A program made the position numbers and the translations under genes. A stretch of DNA of 63,756 nt, filler included, from Reclinomonas americana ATCC 50394 (taxonomy: Eukaryota), in the NCBI GenBank assembly GCA_048213135.1. It is 4 parts of 3 records of this genome, joined end to end, with 100 filler letters (N's around TTAATTAATTAA, not from the genome) between each part and the next. Parts side by side here need not be neighbours in the genome. Positions count along the whole stretch, not along the records: positions 40,648 to 61,837 come from PS015116.1; 3 more parts are not named here. One strand, written 5' to 3'. This document shows, in pieces, positions 50,950-61,385 of this stretch. The notes beneath the pieces are model-generated. The model did no database searches. It was not told the origin of the DNA and saw nothing but the letters and a program-made list of their open reading frames with translations. Position 1 is the first letter of the stretch; each line of letters starts with the position of its first letter.

Positions 50950-53674
50950 TTACAGCTCCTCCAAGGCGCGCACCAGCTCCTCCAACTCCATCGGTTCTCC
51001 CAGTGCACTCGCCTGCAGTCCATCAGTGAAGCGCTCCATCAGCTGCTGCGCGTGCTCCAGCGTGTCGACGCGGTGCACGAGAATGCTCTCGTCGGTCAGC
51101 GGTTCCTCGTACGTGTGGCCCTCGGCCTCGTGGAAGCGATAGTCGGGCACGAAGCGCAGTGGGATGTTGTTGGAGGCGAACCAGAAGGGCAGTGTGCAGT
51201 CGTCGTGTCCGCTGCGCTCGTCGAGTGGGGTGGTGGCCTGCGCCAGCCACTCGACGAGATCCCACGAGAGGAAGAGGCCCCAGCCGAGCACGTACTCGTA
51301 GACCATGTCGTTGCGCACGGCCGTGCCGTGGCCGCCCCACAGCAGGCGCCGTGAGGGCAGCTCGGCCAGGGCACGCTCCAGGGCTACAGTGCGCAGGAAA
51401 ATGTCGGGATCGCACTTGGCCACCACGCGAATGTTGGAGCCGCGGTACTGCTCGGCCACCGCTGCGAACCAATCAAAGATCTTGCCCGAGTTCACATTCT
51501 CGACAATGTCGAGGAAGAACAGGCTGCTGCCGGCGTACGTCTCGTACTCGTCGTGAAGGGCGCGGGCCGTCGACTGCGACATTGGCCGTGCCATCACAAA
51601 CACGATTTGCACAGTGCCGCGGGGATTCTCCGTCGGGTGGTACACGTTGGAGTAGCGCGCCCATGTCGCGCGAATCGTCGCTCGGCGCACCGTGTCGCTG
51701 GCCACTGAAAACACGCCAAGCAGCACGTGCACGTTGGGGCCGGCGGCGGGTGGCGGGTGTTGGCGCAGGAAGTCGAGTTGCGCATCGCGAAAGAGCGCGT
51801 CCTCCATTGGCACCGTCTCGCGCTTGTTCTTCCAGATGGCCACGTCGGAGATGCACGGCACCACGTAGTGGTGCGACAGCGAGTAATACGGCGCGTGCAG
51901 TCGCCACGGATGCCAGCCGGCCAGGCCAGCGGGGTCGGCGGGGTCCGGTTGCGTGGGGGGCGGTGGATTCGGGGCCACGCGCGCCAGGTGGGGCGGGAGG
52001 GGTGGGACGGGGGAGCCGGGCGGGTCGTTCTGGGAAAGGGGGGTGAGAGGGAAGGGAGGGAGGGCGGGTGGGTGGATGGATTGAGGACAAACCCAGAAGA
52101 AGCTGGAAATGATCTGGTGGTGGGGAAGGGATGAGTGTGGGAGAAGGTGTGGGTGGGAAGGAATGGAAGGGAAGCTCACCTCCGGCTGGTTGTGCACCTT
52201 CTCCGATCCCAAATCAAAGTAGATCATGTGATTGGCGTTGAGGGTCCACCAGGCTGACAGGTTGCGAGGGGGGGCGCCGGCTGCGGGAAGGGGGGAGGGG
52301 AATGAGGAAAGGGGACAAATGGGGAAGGGAGATGAGGAAGGGAAAGGGAGAAGGAAAGAAGGTTATGGAAGAGGAAAGAAAAAGAGAGATGTGGAAACGA
52401 GACGGAGGTGAGAGAGCAAGACGGAAAACGAGGACAGGCCCTTGATCATTGACATTCAACGCATGGGAGCAGCGCAACGAACGAAGAGGATGGAGACGAT
52501 TGAGATGGCGAGAGATGGCGAGCACAGACAGGCGATGCATGCAAAGCAATGAGGCCATTGAGATGAATGAGACTGAGAGACACAAGATAGGGAGAGAGAG
52601 AGCTGTGGAGGAGGAGAGCACAACAGATGACGATCGCAGGGACGGAGACATGCAAAGGAGAGCGAATATAGGTATGTCGGGGAATAGAAAAAACAGCCAA
52701 GCGTTCAACGTGGAGACGCATGAAGGAAGAGAACGAGAGGCAGAGAGAAAGAGTGAGACATCAGAGAGACAAAAGTGCAGAAGATTTGAAGTGGCGAGAA
52801 GAGAGCTAACATCCTCTTCTGTATCTGCCTTCTCTCTAATTCGCAACATAATCTCCGCATATCCATGTACCCGGGTCGCGCAATCAGCGGAACACCATTC
52901 GGCTCCTCCGGCACACGCACAATGAGCAGATAGCCCTTGGTGAGGTATTCGGTGTCGGCCAAATCGGGATCGGGTTCAGCAGGTGGCTGGGGTGGAGACG
53001 GGAGGGTGAGCGAAAAGTGGAGAAGTTAGGAGAGAGAGAGAGGAGGGATGCAAACCTCGGGAACATTCTCAGCCAGCTGGTCGACAATGGCGCGAGTGAT
53101 GGCGCGCTCAAACTCGAGAGAGATCTCCATGCGAGTGGCGAAGTCGTGGGCTGCGCGAGAAGAGGGGAAGTGAGGAAATGGATGCGGAATGAGGAAAGGC
53201 AAAGCGAGGGGAGAGGAAGAGAGCAGAACAGGGGGAAAGGGGAGAATGAAGAGGACAGCAGAGGATGAGAAGAATGAAGAGCGAGAGGCGACAGAGGACA
53301 GAGAAAGAAAGAGCTGCCAGTGACAACAAGAAGAGAAGCAGCAAAAGCAAGAGGAAGAGGCCCGGAAGACTGGGAGGAAAGATAAGACTTGCTTGTGCCA
53401 GTGACATGAGGACGCGGAAAGATGTGGAACAGAAAGGAGGAAGAGGAAGACACGCAATAGAGAAGGAGAAGAGCGAAAGAGGTGATAAGAGTGAGACGTA
53501 GTGGCCGTGAGTAAGAGGAGCAAGCAGTTTATGAGAGGCGAGAGGCAGAGAGAGGCAGAGAGAGGCAGTGAAGAAGAGAATGCACACCTCTCTCTTCCCC
53601 TCTCTCCCCTTCCCTCCAAGCAGTGAGAGATATGACAGAGGGAGAGGAAGAACAGAATGCAAACCTCTCTCTCG

Positions 53675-53711
<37 letters not shown>

Positions 53712-53987
53712 CACCAACTTGACTTGCATCACTCCCATCGCGCATCACATGCACAACATGTGACTTTCCGCCTGCAAACAAGCCGACTCTCCTTCTCTGC
53801 ACGCACACACGCACACACACACACAACACATACACACACACACACACAGATATGTGAGTGACCTCCCTCCTTCTCTCTCTGCGTGAGAGCAGTGTGCAGT
53901 CACCTCTATGTCACTGCAGTGAGAGAGCGTGCATTGCAGCACACAGAGGAGGAGAAATGCGCATGTGAGCGCACTGACTCCTCGCAT
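50950..53987 (-). CDS. GT31 glycosyltransferase, copy B (tandem paralog)
   Basis: Same motifs and intron positions as copy A. Hydrophobic N-terminus from ATG 53987. Confidence 0.85.
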
Positions 53988-54668
53988 GAGAAAACCAATG
54001 TGAAGGAGGACACATGCATGCCAAACATGACAAATGTTCCGAAGTTTGGTGCGCTGAAGCTCTTGATAGCAAGCCGAGGCTTTTCTCTCAAGGGAAAGTG
54101 CCAGGTATAGCAGGGAAAACCACCTTGCAGATTTTTCGAATTCGAATGGTCCTGTGCAACATTGTTCACTTAGAATTCAGTTCAAGAGCTGTCGAACCAC
54201 ATCCACAACACCAGTCTTGAGGGCAGCGGCAGGGTATCTTGTGTGTGATTCGCTCTCGATCTTCGAGCTATGAGAACTGCAATGGAGATCTGCATCGCAT
54301 AAAGCATACGAACGTCAAAGTTTCTTGCCGACGTCTACTGGGACTGTCATACCAGAGGCACAGCTTTCTGTGCAGGAGACACCGCCAATCAAGCACACTC
54401 GCCTATCCCGAGTTGATAATGCGCTCGTTGTTTGAGTGCAGGAAGCTGTCTGAGCACGCGTTCGCCACCTCCACGGTCACCACTCGTTCCCTGGCGCCCA
54501 GCTTGGAATTCTCGATGCGCTCCACCTCATGCACTGCTGGCGAGGCGAACAGGCGACCAACCGTGTGTCCGTGCTCCCACAATACTGCTGCCTGCCGTGC
54601 TTCCCTCACAACCCACGTGCCTTCTATCTTCCTCAACAAACCCACCCTTCACTCTTCTCTTCCACGTG

Positions 54669-56317
54669 CTACATAATTTGCCTCTCGCCCTTCATCCCCT
54701 CCTGATCACCCTCATCCTGCTCCGGTCTCGCCGCGTGAACCTCGGCATCCACCACCGCTGCATGCTCCTCCAGCTCATCGACAAACCTCTCCTGCACATG
54801 CACCACCGGCTGCTGCTGCTCCTCCCCTTGCTTCTTCGTCTCCGCCGGTTGCAGCTTGCGCACAAACAACGTGTCGACATCGGTTACCTCCGCCGCCTCC
54901 TCGTCCTCGTCGGCCTCGTCCACTTCGTCGGCGTGGGCCAGCAGCGACGAGTTCGGCGTCCCGGCGGCAGCGGGCTTGTACACCAGAGTCGGTCGGCTGC
55001 GCACGGTCTCCAACCGCGGCGCCGCCTGCTCCTGCGCCTGATACCGCTCGCGCAAATGCTCATGCGTCTCATCTCGATGATGGTGGCGATGGTGCTCGCG
55101 CTGGTGATGATGATGATGATGATGGTCGTGGCCGTCTGCTGGAGCCGCCGACTGGTGGAAGCCGGCAAACGAGTCAAAGGCGCTGTGGCGCTCGGTGACC
55201 ACAACGGTACCCGCTCGCTGCGCTCCCTGCAGACTGCTGCGCCGTCGCTTGAGAAAGTGGCTCATGTTGGCCGGCGACATGGCCTCGTAGCACGCCAGAT
55301 GTTCGTCCATGAACGGGTGCACGCGTTTTGAGCGAGATCTGCGAGGCCATGAAGATTAAACGCCGAGCAGAAGTCGGATGGCCGAAAAAGAACGCAACGC
55401 TCGACAGGCCATCGACACCGCCACCTCCACGGCCAAGTGGCTGTTGAATCGCTCGTCCAGAGCGCACTCCAAGAACGGCGCCATGAGCGCGTCGGCAAAA
55501 TCCTATTCACAAGATGATTCAGGAATGGCAGAGGACCATCTCCCAAGAGAACACGCACAAACCATGCCCTCTTCCACAGACACGGCACGCGCTTGTTCGC
55601 CTTCGTCACGGACAACGTCGAGCTTGTTTCCAATGACCACGTACCGTCCACCAGCGCCACCAAGCAGGAGATCGAGGTCGGTGGCGATCTGTAAGCATCA
55701 CACGACCATGTCAGGACCAGAGACAGACTCAACCCACAATGATCACCGCGCACCTTGTCGACAATGGCAAACGAGTGGCGATTGGTGATGCTGTACATCA
55801 ACACAAAGGCCATGTCGGGGCGGAAAGTGATGGTATTGGCACGCAGGCGCGCCTGCAGATAGTCGCTGTACGAGGCCGTGTCCAACCTTGTCGGCGTCCC
55901 CCACCACTCAGCAAACTCTCAATGGCAGTCAACTCTACTCCAGCAAACACACACACGCACCAATCCACCGACAGATCCATGTTGTGTGTGTTGAGATAGC
56001 CCTCCTACACATCGGGTCAGAGAGACCACGCGTTCAGATTCGAGCATCGCAAAAAAAACTCAACTCGGTAGGCGATCGGCTCCAGCTTGTCGATCGTCGA
56101 CATGGTACCACTGGTGACCAGCATGCCCGACATGCGCTGCGCCACCACCCACACAAGATCAGCACAGTTGTCTTGAAATGAAGAAAAAATACAATCACAA
56201 AAATCAAAGACTCACCGCAAACTCTCGAGTCAGTGCGCTCTTGCCGACATTGCGCTCGCCCAGAACGACCACTGTGACGGTCGGCTGCTCGGAGCAGCAC
56301 GACGTGAGAGAACCCAT
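54669..56317 (-). CDS. Atypical Ras-superfamily small GTPase with an N-terminal acylation motif and a long C-terminal tail
   Basis: MGSLTSCC start, G1 GERNVGKS, G3-like WLDTAS, AFVLMYSITNRHSF, G4 IGNKLD and APFLEC. Intron 55398-55339 joins ORF 54669-55322 in frame. The 3' end may extend to 54403. Confidence 0.8.
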
Positions 56318-56455
56318 GGCGTGTGTGCTCAACACGCGCACAGCAATCACAACAAAAAAGATTCTTCGGTCAGGCACCCGGAGAAACCCCACGCGTGGCG
56401 AAAGGAGAAATTCAATCTATTGAGATAAAGGGAGCGAGAGAAAGAGAGAGAGAGA

Positions 56456-57904
56456 CTATGGGTTATTGTTGTTGTTGTTTTTGTTGTCGTTGCTGTTATC
56501 CTGATCCTTGCCGGTGCCGTCGGCAGGAGGTTGTGGCGGCGCATCCGGCACCTCAATGGCCGTGTCGGAGCCGACACCACCGGGACCGGGACCGTTGGGC
56601 CCGTACCGAATGAGGTGCACGTAGTCCCACATCTCCAGTCGCTTCTTGGGAATGTCTTCCCATTTGGGGGCGAACGACGGCAGCAGTCCGCGCGCCTCCA
56701 GCCACTTGTAGATGTGCTGGCGCCACACCGTGTGCAACTCCTGCACGCGGTGCGTGTCCTCGATGGGGTAGCGCGTCGGTACGTTGCCGGCGTGGTTGTG
56801 AATGCGAATGCCGCGGTGCGACACGGCTGCCTCGAACACGGCGTAGGTGCTGCCAAGGGAGAGAAGGGAGTAAGAAGAGAGAAGGGAGTAAGAGGGAGTA
56901 AGAGAAAAGGGAGTAAGAGAAAGGGAGTAAGAGCAAGAAAGGGAGTAAGAGGGAAGGGAGTACGAGAGGGAAGGGAGTAAGAGAGAAGGGAGTAAGAGAA
57001 AAGGGAGTAAGAGGGAAGGGAGTAAGAGAGAAGGGAGTAAGAGAAGGGAGTAAGAGAAAAGGGAGTAAGGGAGAAGAGAGTAAGAGAGAGAAGAGAGTAA
57101 GAGAAAAGGGAGTGAGAGAGAAGGGAGCAAGAGAGAGAAGGGAGTAAGAGAAAAGGGAGTAAGACAGAAGAGAAGGGAGTAAGAGAGAAGGAATCTTAAT
57201 CATCTGACTTCAGTATCGCGGCAGGTTTCTGTCTTCTTGTCCCTCGCGAAAGAGAGGACACGAGGATGCGGGAAGTCCACAGAAAGCACAAGAAACACCA
57301 ACTTCTGCGCTTTTCTCTCTTCCTCTCACACACTCTTTCGTTCTCACTGTCTTGTCCCGCCTCTATTTGTGTTCATTTTCTGAGCTGTCCTCCCCGCATT
57401 CTCCTCGACCTCCCCTGGAGTGAGAGAGAAAGAAAGAAGAGAAATGAGTGAAAGAAATAGAGGACAAGATGCTACAGAGACAACATGAAGAGATAAACGC
57501 AAAGAGAGGCGAGCGACAGCCAGTTGGAGCGAGAGAACCGAAGAGAGATATCTTTCTCTCCCTCGCACTTCTTTGAGTCCATTTTGTGCTTGTTCTCTCT
57601 GTAGACTTCTCGTCCTCTTTTACAATCACGCACATCTCTCTCCCTCTCTCGTTCTCACTGTCTGTGTTGCCAATCTTCGTGTTCATCGTCATCTCGTACT
57701 CTGTTAGACTTCCAGTTTAGCTTTCCCGTCACTCATCTCTCAGCGCTTCTCTCTCGCTCTTTCTCTCGTTCCGCCTTCATGTCTCTCACTCCGCACTCAT
57801 CTTTCTCCTGTCTCTTGCCCCTCTTTGCGAACATCCTCTTCACGACCTCATTGTGAGCTTCTCACATTCTCCTCGTCGTCTTTCCTGTCGCCATCTCCCT
57901 CCCG

Positions 57905-57937
<33 letters not shown>

Positions 57938-58263
57938 ACTCTCTCTCACACACTCTCTCTCCCGCTCACTGTCATTCTCCCTGTTGTATCGCCTCTCTTT
58001 TTTCGTTCATCTTCTGAGTATCCCCTCTCGCATTCTCCTTGTCATCCTCCGCCCTCCCTTCCCCCATCTCTCGCAACTCAAAGATCCACGGATCGCAATG
58101 GCCGTGCAAATAATGCACCGGGTAGTACACCATGTCGAACACCTCCAGATGCGTACGATGCGTGAGGTGGAACGTCGGGTAGCCGCTGCCGGAGGAGCTG
58201 GAGAAGGCGACCACGCCGAAATTCTTGAAGACGCGATTGTCGAGCAGCTCCTGAATGGCCAGT
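56456..58263 (-). CDS. Last two exons of a probable GT-A/GT2-like glycosyltransferase (5' part lost in a gap)
   Basis: NFGVVAF...YPTFHLTHRTHLEVFDMVYYP...HCDPWIF(D)|TYAVFEAA...NHAGNVPTRY resembles the protist GT2-like HRTH..F....P......D.W...Y pattern. Confidence 0.6.
56860..57190. repeat. Intronic minisatellite (GAGAAGGGAGTAA-like)n
   Basis: Tandem array read directly from the sequence. Confidence 0.85.
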
Positions 58264-58314
58264 NNNNNNNNNNNNNNNNNNNNACGTACGTCGTCGTTCG
58301 TCGTCGTGTCGTGT

Positions 58315-58369
<55 letters not shown>

Positions 58370-58374
58370 TTCGA

Positions 58375-58565
58375 TGCGCCTGCTTGACGATCTCTTCGGT
58401 CTCACACCGCAACACAACAGCAACGGAGCTGTGTGGCATAATCAACGCCTGCTTGATGATCTCTTCAGTCTCACGCCACAGCACACCAGCAAGGGAGCTG
58501 AGTGGCATAATCAACGCCTGCTTGACGCAACACACTAGCAACGGAGCTGTGTGACAACCTGCTTG
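58375..58565. repeat. Tandem repeat of about 70 bp (2-3 copies)
   Basis: CGCCTGCTTGA.GATCTCTTC.GTCTCAC.CC...AGCAA.GGAGCTG.GTGGCATAATCAA is repeated. Confidence 0.8.
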
Positions 58566-60616
58566 TCAACGTGCAAAGACGCTCCTTCGCTCTTGCTCTC
58601 AAGAGACACCACAGGCAGTCGGTCTTCGTGACTCGAGCTCTCTATGTTGGAGAGTGAAGAGGAGGACTGGAAAGGAGAAGTCAGAGGAGGATGAGCGCAA
58701 GAGAAGGCGACAGAGGAGAGGGAGAGAGGGGTGACAGAGTTAACGCTCCCTGCGATTGAGGCACGGGAGGAGGGGCAGCGAATGAGGAAAGCAAGCAAGA
58801 CACTTGCTACTTCTCTCTGCAGCTCGATCGCACACTTCTCTCTCTCTCTCTCTCTCGCGTGCGCACTGCTTGTGCGTCGCAAAGGAGTGAGCAGTGGCAC
58901 AGTCAAACACTCACAGTTAGTGTGGCAAGTGTGGAGAGGGAAGGCGACAGAGGTACGGGAGAGAGGAGTGACAGAGTCAACTGAGGCGCGGGAGGAGGAG
59001 GAAAGCAAGCAACACACTTGCTACCTCTCTCTGCAGCTCGATCGCACACTCTCTCTCTCTCTCTCTCTCTCTCTCNNNNNNNNNNNNNNNNNNNNNNNNN
59101 NNNNNNNNNNNNNNNNNNNNNNNNNNNNNNNNNNNNNNNNNNNNNNNNNNNNNNNNNNNNNNNNNNNNNNNNNNNNNNNNNNNNNNNNNNNNNNNNNNNN
59201 NNNNNNNNNNNNNNNNNNNNNNNNNNNNNNNNNNNNNNNNNNNNNNNNNNNNNNNNNNNNNNNNNNNNNNNNNNNNNNNNNNNNNNNNNNNNNNNNNNNN
59301 NNNNNNNNNNNNNNNNNNNNNNNNNNNNNNNNNNNNNNNNNNNNNNNNNNNNNNNNNNNNNNNNNNNNNNNNNNNNNNNNNNNNNNNNNNNNNNNNNNNN
59401 NNNNNNNNNNNNNNNNNNNNNNNNNNNNNNNNNNNNNNNNNNNNNNNNNNNNNNNNNNNNNNNNNNNNNNNNNNNNNNNNNNNNNNNNNNNNNNNNNNNN
59501 NNNNNNNNNNNNNNNNNNNNNNNNNNNNNNNNNNNNNNNNNNNNNNNNNNNNNNNNNNNNNNNNNNNNNNNNNNNNNNNNNNNNNNNNNNNNNNNNNNNN
59601 NNNNNNNNNNNNNNNNNNNNNNNNNNNNNNNNNNNNNNNNNNNNNNNNNNNNNNNNNNNNNNNNNNNNNNNNNNNNNNNNNNNNNNNNNNNNNNNNNNNN
59701 NNNNNNNNNNNNNNNNNNNNNNNNNNNNNNNNNNNNNNNNNNNNNNNNNNNNNNNNNNNNNNNNNNNNNNNNNNNNNNNNNNNNNNNNNNNNNNNNNNNN
59801 NNNNNTCTTCTTCTTCTTCTTCTTCTTCTTCTTCTTCTTCTTTCTCCTTTCTTCTTCTCTCCTGCTCACACCCACAGCGATACGATACACAAAATACACT
59901 TCATTATCCACACATCAGAACCACTCGCCCGCCAAGTGACTGCTCGGGAACGTGCGCTCATTGTCATTGGCAAAGGCAGCCACGTCAGGCGAGGAGTCAA
60001 CAGACAGTCGAGATGAGTGTTCGAGATCGAGAGAGAGACCGCCGGCCGCGCGAGGCACCTCCTGAGGCTCAACAACAACAACAACAATGGGTGATCAACG
60101 AAACCCCGTTGTTGCAGTTGAAGAGCTCATTTGGGTCGCTGGCGAGGCGGTTCGCGCTGACGAAGAGGAGGCGCAGGTGGATGAGGCAGCAGCACTCATT
60201 GTTGTTTGGCAATCAAACACAAATTACACGCAGATGGAGAGGCAGGGCGGGCGGGCGATGTGCGGGGGGATAGCGCGCTCTCAACGGCAGTTGGAGGAGA
60301 GGGCGCAAGGTCCGAAAACGACGGGAACACGACCGGTCAGGGGCAATCCGGCAACGCACAAGAACCAGACAGCGTCGACTGTTGCTGCAAAATGTGTCAG
60401 ATGGCGTGGAACACGTGGACCAGGTGATGCAGCAGGCGAGTCATCCACCACAGCTGCGATCACAGCAGTCCCGCACCCGACAAATTCCCGAACATCACAA
60501 TCTTCCGCCGTGCTCTCGCTGGCCTCACACACATCATGGCCGCGACACTCATGGCAACGTCATTCAAATAGAGGGGTTACATTGCTCTCTCTCTCTCTTT
60601 TGTACATCGCACGACT

Positions 60617-61385
60617 ACGTATCCGCAAAGAAGAACTCGCCAGGCGTTGCGTCAGCGCCCAAATGGACGCTGACAGCGCCCGGCGGGAACGGGGTGTCGG
60701 TGGCGTATTCGGCGGTGAAGTCCGCAGGAGGGAGGCGCAGGAAACAAGTGGTCTCGGGAGCGATGGTGGCAGTCGACTCGAGAGGCTCACCAACGGGCTC
60801 ACCTAATCAAACGGCGTTGGCGATCTCGCAGGCACAGCAGCGCACATCTCTTTCAATCACGAAGAGAGAGAAGGGAGAGAAAAAGGGGGTGGCGGCAACC
60901 TCTCACTGGGGAGTGTTCAAGAATGCAGCAAGACTAAAAAAAGGCTTGTCGTGAATCCGGCAAAATCCGGCATCGGACATGCAAGGATCCAAGGTAGTCC
61001 ACTGATGCAGCTGAGCTTTCGGGCGCTTTGGCAACAAAAGTGGCTGCTGCTGGCACCGTCATCGTTGCGCAGCAAATGTTTGTTCGGGGCCAAAAAAAGG
61101 TGCTGTATACCTGTCGGCTTCTCTTGTCAGTTTCCCACCACTCCACCAACCTTCACACCTCTCCACCAACCTTCACTTCATCACACCTCTCCACCCACCA
61201 ACGCATCTCTAATCACGACGGTCCACCGCCGCCGCCGCCTCCATCTCCCGCAACCGCCGCCCCGTATCCTCACTCACCAAACGCAGTGCTCTGGACACAA
61301 GATCCACATCGACAGCATCGTCGATATCGGCCACCAGATCCAGCGCCAGCAACGTGTCGTGAACCTCCCGTCTCAACAGCAAGCC
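60617..61385 (-). CDS. Possible exons of a hypothetical gene
   Basis: Coding-like stretch LLRREVHDTLLALDLVADIDDAVDVDLVSRALRL followed by a GTGAGT donor, and GEPLESTATIAPETTCFLRL...FFFADT*. I could not join them reliably. Confidence 0.3.
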
